Part shown: in pieces, positions 1 through 12,219 of the stretch
Numbering within the stretch: position 1 is the first letter of the stretch
How the letters are laid out: every line of letters begins with the position of its first letter
NCBI GenBank assembly: GCA_013265495.1
Contig: MU058065.1
Span: forward strand, 2,333,003 to 2,397,002
Source of the DNA: Vicugna vicugna
Lineage: Eukaryota
Length of the DNA stretch: 64,000 nt
Direction of reading: 5' to 3'
Notes under the pieces: model-generated
Told to the model about the DNA's origin: nothing
Seen by the model: only the letters and a program-made list of their open reading frames with translations
Database searches by the model: none
Position numbers and translations under genes: made by a program

Positions 1-289
1 ACTGCAGAAATAGCAACGCACTTAATTGCAGATGCTGTCCCAAACCCAGCTAGGAGTTTTACGGGATATGTGGGGGAAGCATCCTATTGTAATGAACGTT
101 TGACTCTTTGGAAAACTGGGGCACAAAAGACATTGAAGTAACTACCCAAGGTCACATAGCTAGTAAGTGATAGAAACGAGGTTTGAACCGAGGTCTGACT
201 CTGAGGCCCTGTTCTTTTTGCGGTGCACCTTGTTGTTCTGCACATTTGGAGAACCTGAGTCCAGGCGGTATCGATGATTGACGACTCCC

Positions 290-502
290 GCAGCAAGTGT
301 CAAATGCTAGGATTCTGCCCTTTCCCCCCACGGGACATCTGGCAATAATCTGGAGACATTTTGGTTGTCACGCCTGGAGGAGGGGACTACTGGCACCTGG
401 TGGGTAGAGGGCCCTCCACGTCCTGTAATGCACAGGTCAGTCCCTCATGAAAAGGATTGTCCAGCCCCAAATGTCAGTGGTGCCGAGGTTGAGAAATCCG
501 GG
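290..502. mobile_element. MER20-like hAT-Charlie DNA transposon relic
   Basis: gggacatctggcaat...tctggagacattttggttgtcac...ccccaaatgtcagtggtgccgaggttgagaaa resembles the recalled MER20 consensus. Confidence 0.75.
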
Positions 503-540
503 TCTAGGCTTAATGCACTTGTTTATCTGGTCTCTCTAGA

Positions 541-730
541 CAGTGGTTTCCAAACTTGAGTGCGCATCGCATGGGGATAGATCTTGTTCAAACACAGGTA
601 GCTGGGCCGCACCCCAGGGATTCTGATTCAGTGAGTCTGGGGTGAGGCCTGAGAGCCTGCATTTCTGCCACGTTTCCAGCGATGTCCATGCGGATGCTCC
701 TGGTCCAGGAACCACACTTTGTGGACCACT
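541..730. mobile_element. MER5A-like hAT-Charlie MITE
   Basis: Terminal inverted repeats cagtggtttccaaa / tttgtggaccactg; internal gattctgattcagt..gtctggggtgaggcctgag...tgcatttct. Confidence 0.8.
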
Positions 731-2184
731 GCTGCACACTAACGAAGGGCCCTTCGTCCTGGTGCTTGGCTGTGGAGACCCGCTGGGAGAGGATACTGTC
801 GACACTCTGTCCTCCTTTTTGTCAGCTTCTGGGATGTATTTGCCTGTGGTTATTTACGTATACCCAGCTATTTCCCCCCCAAACCAAACTATATATGATA
901 GAACTAAATACAGATAATTCCCCCAAGGGGTAATAAACCAATGTGGAATATTCAGCGTAATTCCTTCATACCTGGAGTCACGGGTAACGATGTGAGCTTA
1001 AGGGTCTAATCAGAGACCTTCAGGGGTTACTGTGCCATGAAGGGTTAACAGATAAGAGGGCTGCTCTTTCATATGCATTCATTTATGTTTTGTTGAAGTA
1101 ATATATACCCTAAGCCCTTTTGTTTAACCTCATCCTTCGAGAAACCTTAATTAGTATTCTTAAATTTTAGTTTTCAGTCACCTGCACTTTGGAGCTAGAG
1201 TATTTGAGCATCCAAAGTGTAAGAGTGCTAAATTCGTGAAGTTAACAAAAATACTCTTGAGCCAATCAAGTGTGACTGTCTTCTCTAGTCAGGAAAACTC
1301 TCAAAATAAAAGTAATAACCTCAGTAATACGGTTAAGAATTTGAGCTACAGCAGTCATTTTCCTGGTGGGGGAAACAGAAAATGAGACTGCGTTCAGAAC
1401 AGAACTGAATGTGGTGAGACAGCGGGAATCAATTCCCTCGACACGTTTGCTTTTTGAACTTCTCTGCTGCGGACTGCACCCCGAAGGTCAGACAGTTGGT
1501 GGTAGGATAGCATTTTCAAAAGGTAAAAACTTTATTAAAAGACTTATAATCAAGTTAAGGCTGTGGCCCTGCTGTCTTCATTTTTGAAAAACAGACTGGA
1601 GAGACGCGTGCTAATCCTTTTGTTTCAGGGGCTTGTGGGCCAAGATTGGTTTCTGCAAGAAACTCAGTTTTACCCGGCCCAAGTCAGGCAAAGACAGATC
1701 TTATATGTTTTGAGGTATTTTGGAATGTTGTTAGGCTGATAAGCAATAAAGATGACAGAAAAGCAACTTTTAAAATATTTTTGGTAGCATCTTCTTTTTG
1801 TTTGTTTGTTTCACCAGGTATTTAATATATTTGCTTCTTTTTAGACGTTTCTCAGCATATTAAGATGGTTTGAAGGAAAAATTGTGTACTTGCTAACTGT
1901 TCACATGGAAATAATCAAATAAACAGCTTGATTTTTAAGTTATGCTTACGAGGAAACCTGGCGTAGCTGGAAGTTTTTCGTTTATACAGAAAACCAGACT
2001 GTTAACTGCTGTATTTTTGTTGTTGTGCAGTGCCTAAAAATAGACTCTTTAATTTGCGTTACAAAATAAAGTGAAGACACGAGAAGGCAGGAAGCAGGGG
2101 TGGGAACGAATTTCTTCCTCTGTCGTTAGAGCAGTTTTTCGTTGTTAGGATCATTTTCTTTTTACAGCATATTTAAGAAAAGAT

Positions 2185-2390
2185 TCTGTATCTGGAATGC
2201 CTGAGTTTGAATCCCAGCCCTGTGACCTTGGGTGGGTTACTAATTCTCTCTGTATCCGTTTTCTCATCTGCAAAACGGAGATTTAGCGGCACCTACCTCA
2301 TAGGGTTTTGTGCAAATTAGATGAATTCAGAGGCAGAGCCCTTTGAACTGTGCCTGGTGCAGAGAAAGCGCTTTATACATGTTGGCCATT
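2185..2390 (+). mobile_element. MIR SINE
   Basis: MIR core tttgaatcccagc...tgtgaccttggg...ttactaattctctctg...ttttctcatctgcaaaacgg. Confidence 0.75.
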
Positions 2391-2655
2391 ATTTTCATTC
2401 CCATTTATTTTCCATTTAATTGCTTCAATCTCATCAAAAGCTAAAGCTGTTTCTGCTTCCTATGTCCGTGAGTGTGTGTGTGTGTAAATAACATGCAATT
2501 TTTCCTATCTGAGTAGGGCAATACCATTTTGGGCGTGACTTACAACCCTAAGTTCTTATAACTGTCTTCAGGTCCTGCCTTTTCATCATTTCCATATTTG
2601 GTCACTTTCAAGTCGCGTCAGTCACAAGTTTTTTCTTGTAAAGTCTTTGCCCTGC

Positions 2656-3050
2656 TGTGTTAGGGAGCCCCAGGACCACCTCCAGGTTCCTTGATTCACT
2701 AGGAAGACTGCCATCACACGGTCATCCTCAAGGCCATGATTTATTACAGCAAAAGGACACCAAAGATAGACAAAGGGAGAGGTATGGGGCGAAGTCTAGA
2801 GGAAACCAGGCGTGAGCTTCCAAGAGTCCTGGCCCTGTGGAGTCACTCAGGAGGTGCTTTGTCCCTCCAGCAGTGAGTTCTACCATGTGCATGAAGTGCC
2901 ATCTCCAGCGAGTGGTAAGAAACTCAGTACCCACAGTTTTCACTGGGGGCTGGTCATGAAGGCAGCCTCTGCCTCCCACGTGCCCCAGTTCCAGACTCCC
3001 AGAAGGAAAGCAGGTGCTCAGTGGTCTCTCAAATGTTAGAGTAGATCCAT
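2656..3050. mobile_element. MER21-like ERV LTR fragment
   Basis: tgtgttagggagccccaggaccacctccaggttccttgattcactagga...ggtcatgaaggcagcctctgcc resembles the recalled MER21 consensus. Confidence 0.6.
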
Positions 3051-3838
3051 CAATAAACCTGGTAGGAATAAAGAAGCCTGGACCAGAAGGGAAAAACAGG
3101 CCTTCCTTACTGCCTCCAACTGTGTTCTTTTGGGTTAGGTTATCCTTGTGCTTCAAGACCTCCAGGCTGTGGACAGAGTTTGAACCTTTTTTTTTTTTTT
3201 AAATTCAAGAAGCAGCGTTGCGTGGACCCTGCATTGACTGGTTCCGTCCTGTCTGGACTGCTTCTGCTCCTCCGGGTTGTGACGGCTTGTACCCTCCTAG
3301 GTGGCAGAGGTCACAAAAAATGATTTTGATGCTAACCGTGAAAAGATAACAGCAGGAACGGTTCCTCAGGTGAAAAAGAACATCTGCAGATAGAAACCAG
3401 CCATTGGCCTCCGGAGCAGCATTACTCATTTAGGGGCTGGCGCAGGTACCTTCCTCCTAGGACAGAAATCAGCAGTCTGAGAGTCACCGTCGCTGTGAAT
3501 GGTGCCCAGGACTCCTCCCCTAGACCGTAAAAGACGACAGAAATGTTAATTTTTTCTAAGCCCATCTAATTCTCCTCTGTAGAGAGAGGCTGGTTTCCCT
3601 GCCTTTCAGTTTAGATAATCAATGCAGTAAAAATCTAGTGTTTTCTCCGTTTGTTATCAGAGGGGAAAGGTGGCTTTCCCCAGCATTAATGAAGAGGGCA
3701 GAGATCAGGAGACTTGGCTGGAAGGGAATTGCTGTTTATTTGATAAAAGCAGATTGTGCTATATCCTTTCCTTTTTCCCTTTTAGGCTAACATCTTAATG
3801 TTATAGAAACCACCCCAGCTACCAGAATTACAGATTTT

Positions 3839-3913
3839 TTTTTCACTTTGAGTCATTTTGTTTAAAAAATTTTTTTTAATTGAAGTATAGTTGATTTACA
3901 ATGTTATGTTAGT
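3839..3913 (-). mobile_element. Ultra-short L1 3'-end insertion with target site duplication
   Basis: aattgaagtatagttgatttacaatgtt is the reverse complement of the L1 terminus; flanked by cagaattacagatttt (3823-3838) and cagaactacacatttt (3914-3929). Confidence 0.75.
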
Positions 3914-5067
3914 CAGAACTACACATTTTTGTCGGTAACTCTGGAGGCACTGTCAGACTAGGAAAGAATATCCTTTGTAGTAAGTGACAGAAATGTGCGG
4001 TGGTTTACCAATATTTAAAACAGCATCAGCAATCTTGAGAGTGACTGGAAAAATCAGATTCCCTCAGACTTACTATTTGCTCAGAGTTCAAAAGAAACCG
4101 GACCTGGGGCTTAATTAATTTGTAACAGGTGCTATACTGTATATTCTTTTAAATTGATTAAATAATCCCTGTATATCAGTTTATAATTTGTAGATGGTTG
4201 AATTGCTTTAATTTGGTTATTTTGGGATGACTAGGGTGTTTTTTGAGAAATTTTTCAAAAGATCTGGTTTTGGAAATGCTGATGTGTCAGACGAGGTAGA
4301 ACTTGACCTTGTGACTTTACAGAAACACTCGTGTGCTTTTTGAATCTACTTATCAAACTGTGGACATGATTTTCAGGGTAATCATACTGGAAAATAACAT
4401 GTATCGAGCCTAAATGTGTGTTCTAATGGAGTTACAGGTTTAAAAGTGATGTTAATCATGACTTGCACAAGATACCTCCTGGTCTGAGAGCCAGTGCTTT
4501 GTCAGAAGAAAACTCATGCTTTGAATCTATCTTTGCTCTACTGTATTGTAGCTTAAGTAGATGAGGCTGTATAGACTGGGTGATTTCCTAAGTCTCCTTT
4601 TAACTTGCTTTTAATCAGCTCTTTGAGAGAGTAGCACAGAAGGACCAGAAGAATAAAAGGAGCCTCTCTACTTACTCTGATCGTCAGGAGTCTCTGTGAG
4701 CAAAGGGCAGATTAATCTCCCTGGAATAGATAGTTCGTCCGGCCTGTGGTTTTTAGTCTGCTTTTTATGTATCTACTGTAGTAAGATAAAAGAACACACT
4801 GAATTATTATCCTTGATAGACAGGATGAAAATATTGAATGATATTTAATCAACAGTAATGACGTCATATGCTTTTCCAGTAACCTCTTTAGGTTCTGAGC
4901 AAAGCGAGGATCCTAGAGTTTGGTTAAAAGTTAAAGCGGACTTGTTTGTTTACTAAGTACTTTGAAATTCTTGGCACTCAGTAAATGCCAAATGCTACTT
5001 TTATTTCCAGTTTTAAGATCCAGTTCCTAAGTATTATGGAAGATATACTATTTGGATCAGAAAACCC

Positions 5068-5520
5068 TGTATTAGTTAGCTATTGCTATGTAGCAAACCA
5101 CCTTAAAATTCATGTTATCCTTGCTCATGAGCCTGTGAGTCACCTGGGCAGGCCTCCTGGTCACAGCCAGGCTCACTTCTACGTATGTTGGCCCTGCTCA
5201 TCTTGGCCAGTCTCTTTCACGTGGCTTGCTAGCCACAGGCTGGTGGAGGATGGCTTTACCTGGGACAGTGGGGCTCTCTTCTGTGTGACCTCTCATCCTC
5301 CAGCATGCTAGCCCCTCTCGTTCTTGTAACTGGGGCAGGCTTCCGAGAGAGGGCCACTGTACTCAGAGCTGGCACTCCAGCACTACAGCCACGTTCTGCT
5401 GGCCAGAGCAAGTCACAGGCCAGCCCACATTCAAGGTCAGAGAAATAGATTCCACTCTTGATGGAATCACATTGTAAGGGCACGGATAGGGAGGGGTGAA
5501 GAACTGGGCCCATTTCTGTT
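5068..5520. mobile_element. MLT1-type MaLR LTR
   Basis: tgtattagttagctattgct...aaaccacc...ggccagagcaagtcacaggccagccca.attcaagg...atagattccactcttgatgg is typical of old MLT1 LTRs. Confidence 0.7.
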
Positions 5521-8500
5521 GTTTGCTGCCCTGAGCACTTACGTGTTGTATGGCATACCGAAGTTGATCTTGAGGTGGTGAGAGGTTTGTTAGAATCATT
5601 GTTCCTATTTAACACAGAAGTCAGGATTTCTTTGAACTAAGTGAAAACTTTGAAGTTGGACCTAGACTTTTCCACATTCGGTATTTATTTGGAGAAAAAG
5701 GGGAATTTAATACTTCGTGTTTTCTTATTGTTTAGGAGTTCCTGCTCTGGAGGATGAAATGTGGCGTTTTCTGAATTGCCATGAAACATTGTTTTATGTA
5801 TGAATTACCATATAAAGCTGCTTCACTTTGTATTACTTACTTTGGTAACGTTTTGACATGTGAATTTTCATCATCTTTGGCAGAACAAGTTGACGGAGTC
5901 AGAAAAGCTGCCCCAGTGCTGACGTTGGTTTGTTTGGCTTCAGGACTTTTCCCTCTTGGCTTCTGCCTCCCTAAGTGTAGAACAGAGGCCTCAGCTGTCA
6001 TCTTTGCCAGGAGGATGCAGCGTCATGTCTTCTATGGATCACAGCTTTTCTGGACTCCTGGTGTGTGTGTAGAATGCAGGAGGTCTAGGCCACTGCAGCT
6101 CACTGCTGTGAACTTTAAGAAGTTCAGTGGAGACGTATTGATGAAGAGGGCTGGTTTATTGCCTTGTGTCTTTCAGGCCAGTGGGTCTTGTGCCTTTTGG
6201 TGTCTTGTCTTCCCTCCGTTTCGGTGCCTGACTTCTTTGCCCAGCTCTGCTGGCTCTGTCCCTGCTCACTGCTCCCAGGGAGTGATTGATGCTCTCAAGT
6301 CCCTGTTCACCTGGCACCTCCAGTGCTGTGTCCAGGTCCTCCTCACCCCTCTGTACTGACTTCTGTGGGTGCATCGGGTCCCCTGATAGACTCCGCAGGG
6401 GCACGACATGCTCCAGACTTCCAGGCCTGACTCGTGGTAGAGAGATCCTCAGTGAGGGACCACAGAGCCCTTAGAATCGGCCACACTGAGAAAAGGAAAT
6501 TGTCTACACCCTGTTTGAAACTGCCTCGCAGTCTGGTACCTGCGCTGTACCAGAGCTCCGGTCTGACTCCTGTTTCTCTGCAGCCTCACTTGCTCTCAGT
6601 GGTAAAGATTTAATGGGCACACTCCGAGGGAGTACACTTGTGACATGCACAGTTTGAGATAGCTGCTCTTGAAAATTAGACAAAACAAGTCCTTAGATGC
6701 CTCAGGGTTAAGGAGGAGGTGTTTAATTGTTGGTGGCCCTGCTGGCCTCCTGCTTCTCAGCTGCTACTCATCTTTTCTCTGGGGACCACCGCTCCACTCC
6801 AGGAGCCAGAGTCCTTGTCTGCTTCACAGATGTGCTCCCTTCTCTCCTGCTGCCCCTCATCAGCCTCCTCTCCCGCCCTGCCCAGCCTGACTCAGCATGC
6901 TTATGGAATTTAGTTCTATCATTTTATATTATGCTTTAAAAAAAAAAACCTTAACATTTCATGAACATTTTTTCATGGCTCTGTGGTTTTCATAACTAAT
7001 TTCAATGACTATTTAAACTATTGAATTATTGTGTTATTAACCCATTTCATTATTTAATGTTTCCCCCCAATTTTTACTCTTTTAAGTAATGCTCATATGA
7101 ACTGTTTTAAAATATATAGTTCTTTTTTTCTTCTTCTATTAAAAAAATGTCTTCAGAATCCATTGGCAAGCCTGGAATTCTCTTATCAATTTATGGTTGT
7201 TATTTTTGCCATCATTAGTAGTACTAGTAGGCAGGAAATGTGTTTCTCATTATATGGAGCAAAATTCTTGCCAAAAAATTAGTTCTTATTACAATACTGG
7301 CAAAAAAATCATGAGAACCCTAGGAATGGCACTTCATTATTGTTTTCAGTGATTCCTTTGCTTAGCCCTGCCCAGCAATACATTTTAAACACATTTCAGC
7401 CTGAAATGTTTAAAATAAAGAAATACAGTCCAACTTTGGCATTTCAGTTATCGTGAAAATAAGTGAATCATTCACTGTACCGAACAACGAGATGGGTAAG
7501 GTCATGATCATGATGTGCATCTAGAGGGGTTTTGTGTGTATCACGTTGTTGTTTCACAAAGACGTCTGTCCGTGGGGAACCTCGCAGCTCTACGGAAGTG
7601 CATGCTTCTTGAACTAGGAGGGCAAAGGAGACCGATGGTAGAGCCCTCCCCAAGGATGGCAGCGGCATGAGGAAGTTTGACAAACACTGAGGTAGGCTCT
7701 GAAAGAAATGACACATTTCCTTTCTAAGTACCTTTTGGAAAAATACCAGGCTATTGTTTTTAAAATAACTTAAAAATAGAGCTTGGCAAAGATGGACATG
7801 TTTCTAAGGTTTTGATTTTAAGGAAAGACTTTCTTTCCAGATTGACATGATCTTGGAATATCAAAGAAAAGCCTTCTGCTAGAAAAATGGGTAGACTGAG
7901 TAGCAAGAAGAACATAAAATGAGTTTCGGTGAGTGGGTGTAACGTTGTCAGAATATTAAAGGAGCGGTTAATCTGTTTTTATCTCAGTTCAGAGAGTGGC
8001 TTAGACATTCATCTAGGCAGAAAATATTGTGGTTTTGTAAAAATAAAACCATCTGATCTGGACACTTTGGCGATCACATGGTGTGTTAATAGCATCTAGA
8101 GTTTTTAATAGTTTGCTCTTCTAAAATATTACTAAACAGTATTATTGTGAATAGTAGATTTTGTTTCCAGTTTACTGAATAGTAACATTTTTTTGGACTG
8201 TGGAATTTCTTGATTTTTTTAAATAGTACAACTTAAGCCTGTTTTTACAACCATTTTTTAAACCAATGAGACATATTCTGAATGCAGTACAAAAGAAATT
8301 TCTGTATTACTTAGTAGAAATTATACAACTCTGTTTAATACGATCCCAATAGATAATTTGTCTTGCCCATTTCCTGGTGTGTCAGCTGGGTGCTGACCAA
8401 ATGGTAGTACTGATGTCTGTCCTCCAAAGGAAATAATTCCGTGTTTCAGTAGGTAGGTCCCGTTTTGACCTTGGATTAGTTTATATATCATTCTGAATCT

Positions 8501-10555
8501 GCGAAGTTAAAATGTGACTTTTCCAGGTTGGATGACTGGGCGAAAGAGACACCTTTAAGGTTTCCCACTTACAGTGGACTTCTCTGCCATCTGAAATAGC
8601 TCTTCTCTGAAGAGGACACAGGGTAGAGCATGTACCACTGAACCCTCTGTTGAGTTACCTACCTGACCCACAACTTTTGAGATTGATTTGGGAGGTTTTA
8701 GAATATGACAGCATTCTGGTCTTTAAAAGATGGAACAGATACAGCAGGTTTAGCAGGTTTAAGCCCTTTGAGATATTGTGTGAATGAAGGCTCTGCATGA
8801 CGCTTTGATCTTCACGTGCTTTGGTGTTTGCTATACTGTCTTTGCAAGTGCAGTAGAATCCTTGAGCCGATTTAATGCTTAGAGGAGAGTTGGCCCTTAA
8901 TTTACTGTAACTCCTTCTGTTTCATCCCCTATGTTGAACATAAGGAATGAAATATATCTGTAAACATTCTGTATTAAGTAACATAAAATATAGTCAACAA
9001 AATGTAATACTGTATTAGTAGTTCAGACCTAAGGATCATCATTGTAGTTTCTATTGATTATTTTAGGTGAGGGAGGTCATGAGGAGATGGTACCCAACCT
9101 GCAGTATGCTGCCCAGATGAACAACTGCCTGGAGAGAAAGGTCCTTGGCAGGGTGGGTCCTGAAGGCCTAGGGCGTACCCTGAGCTTGGCATATCTGGGG
9201 AACAGGAGGATGATGGCTTGCTGGGATGCAGGGTCTGGGTCTTGGAATCAGTTGAACCCCTGATTTGAGATAATCACTGGTGGGCTTTGAGCAGAGGCAG
9301 TGGGATCATGGCTTCTTGGAAGGTGTAGCTAGTAGGAGACATGCCTGAAGTGGACCAGAGGGAAAAGCCACCAGGTAACCTGAGAGGAGGCTGGACTGTG
9401 GCATGAGTGAGGAGGGCTGGACCATGGTAGGCATGCTGAGAACAGAGACAAGGGCCAGTGTCCTGGGTAGGAATTGCTGCTTACTTCTTAAAAAACAAGC
9501 AAAACCCTGCAACACCATTTAGGCATGAGCCTAAAGAAATGAACGGTGTTTTTAATCAAATGTCTCATCAATGTTCATATTTTCAATTGTTTCATAATAA
9601 TATACATATATTCACAGTTTGATTGAATCAGGATCTAAGTAAGTCTCCACACTGCGATTGCTTGATGTGCCTGTTAAACCTCTTTAGTTGTAGGCTGGTT
9701 TTCCATCTCTGTTTTTCACCCTTGCAAATTGTATATAGAAGAAACTGGGTCATTTGTCTGTAGAGTTTCCTGCCATCTTGATTTTTGCTGAATGCACCCT
9801 CGTGGGGGCGTTTGTTGGGTTCTCTGCATTTCCTGTAAATTAGTAGTTGCATCTAGAGGTTTGATTAGATTGTGCGATTTTAAAATAAAACTGGAATTGT
9901 ACTGCATTTTGTACTTAACAGTATATCATGAACATTTTCCCTTGCCATTAAGTATTTTTCATAACTTGATTTAAATGGTTTCAAACAAGAAAGATCTGTA
10001 CCGTGAAAAAGTCTTCACCTCTGAGGTTTGTGGAAGAAGAAAGCTAAATAATCATGAATAGTAACCAAGAACCCACAAGTAGTAACAGAGCGGTTTAAAT
10101 GTTAACCTCAAAGAGTGCTAAATTTTGATTTAGGATGTCACATTCCAAACTGTAAAAATTGTGGGTCTGCTCATACATGCATTAGTCTGACCTCCCTCTT
10201 TCTTCCCTTTTAATTTTGGACGTGAACGTGGACTTCCTAGACCTTCTGTCACAGTATAGGTACTCACGAAGAAGTCTGCCTGATTGTCTTGCCTTGTGAA
10301 CCTTGTCACATAGGAGTTTGTTTAACAATGCTTCAATAAGAGACTGCATCCAGGAGTCTTCCCGGTGTGCTGTGCAGACACTGTGGATTGGCACCTGCTT
10401 GATTGCAAATGACGGAAATACCTCGAGCTTGCCTCTTAGAACCCAAGTCTAGGGAAGTAGCTTGGCCTTGAGAGCAGCTGGCACGAGGACCCTCCACCTG
10501 AGCTCTCCAGCTCCCCTGTTTATCTCCACAAGTTGGCTTCATTCTCCACCCCCCC

Positions 10556-10638
10556 TTTTTTAATGGAGGTACTGGGGATTGAACCCAGGACCCTGTGCAT
10601 GCTAAGCAGACACTCTACCCCTGAGCTATACCCTCCCC
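10556..10638 (-). mobile_element. tRNA-derived SINE (camelid Vic-1-like)
   Basis: Reverse complement ggggagggtatagctcaggggtagagtg...cctgggttcaatccccagtacctccattaaaaaa; Pol III A and B boxes; A-tail. Confidence 0.85.
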
Positions 10639-12151
10639 ACTCTTTCCCTTTTTTTGATATACAAGATTCTCCAGTCCAAATGGAAAAACGTGTGACCAAG
10701 AGCAGTCGTTTCAACTGCCGGACACACACTGATCTATTTGTCTCTCCTGGTTTCCGACTTGCCTGATTTCTGACTTCTGGTCTGGCCAGTTGTGATCAGG
10801 CTGAGATGTAGAGGAAAAGTCCCGGGTGATTCAGCTTGGCGGAGGTTCCACCGTGACCCGTGCGCAGCGGCCAGAAGGCGGGCGTGTTGCACAGACGGCT
10901 GATCTCACGCACGTGAAACAGCGTCATGCCTGCTGCGCTGCTCGGTCGTCTTGCTTATTTGCACGCGTGAAGGTCAACGTCTGGTCTTTATTTGCTTTTA
11001 CCATTTCCAATAATCTGTAAGATCTTAAGTAGAGCCGGGCAAGTTCTGACAGATGTGAACACCCATATCACCAACTCCCCAGAGCCTTACCACCTCCCTA
11101 GAAAGTTCCCTCATAGCCCTTTGCATTCTCTCCTCACCCCCAGAAGCAACCAGTATCGCAATTTTTATCCTCATAGACCAGTCTTACTTGCCCTGAACTT
11201 CAGATGAAATGGAAACATACAGCGTCAACATTTCGCCTTACAGTAGCTTAGTTCAAGGTTGTAAACGTTAATTCAGCGCGGGCTGTGTGCCCGAATCTGT
11301 GTTGCTGCTAGGAATGCAGGCGTGATCGCCACAGAGCTGACGGTAAGGGACAGTGAGAGAGTTAGGAGTCGCTGCCAGGGCGGAGCAGGGCTGTGCCTGC
11401 CGAGGCCTGTGCACTAAGGGTTCTGAGGAGGAAGAGGCCCGGGGCACCGGGGAGGTTCATGAGTGGATACTCCTTACTGTGCTTCCAGGGCGACGAGCCA
11501 AAACATTGAACTTTGGCTCTTTTGGTCATGTGTCATTTTCCTGCCTGTGTGCAGGATTTCCTCATCTCCCCGTGTGGGTACTGATGAAAGGTGGGGCCCG
11601 GAGACTGGTGTGGGGACCATTTCCTCCCAGGGCGGGGGGACTGGGGGTTACTGGTGAAGTGGCTGTGGCGTGGGGACGTCTCCCCCAGTTCCCCAGAAAC
11701 GTGTTCTTTCCCTTTATGTCTGCTGCTCTCTTCATCTGGCCCAAACAGTCAAGTGACCAAGTGCAGTTTGTCTTTGCCAAGAGAAGCAGGTCTGTTTTCT
11801 TTGTACATCATCACATAATGAGCAGTTTCCATATTATTAAAATTATTTGAAATCTGGATGCCTGTCTGCTGTGTAACTTGCCATATATGGTCATACGGAA
11901 GGTAACTGTAAATCTTTTGTGCGTGTGTACGTGTACACAGTGTATATGTATACATATATACCAATAGGCTGCACATATACTAGTGTAATGTACCATATAC
12001 CCTGTATGTGCATTTGTGTACTTGGTCCCGTTGATTAACTTTATAAGGTCAGTTGGGCTATAGTAATAACACTAAAATAAATGTTTTCCGGGAGCAGAAA
12101 AGAAGATAAAATTACTGAAGACTACTGTTTTTTCTCTTCTTTTTTCCTCAG

Positions 12152-12219
12152 AACCATCCGAGTATGGCTGAAAAGAGACAGTGGGCAGTACTGGCCCAGC
12201 ATTTACCACACGATGGCCT
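12152..12219 (+). CDS. WDFY1: WDFY1 coding exon 2 (68 nt)
   Basis: Pyrimidine tract ...ttcctcag acceptor; encodes (R)[22 protein letters not shown](S); donor T|gtgagt; matches the recalled WDFY1 N-terminal WD40 region. Confidence 0.96.

Noticed and set aside
3761..3976. Two perfect ATATCCTTT (AT-AC U12 donor consensus) motifs in intron 1 as a U11-binding splicing enhancer or hidden minor intron
   Set aside because: They are ~200 nt apart rather than in close tandem, no partner branch point/AC acceptor or exon was identified, and AT-rich 9-mers arise by chance.
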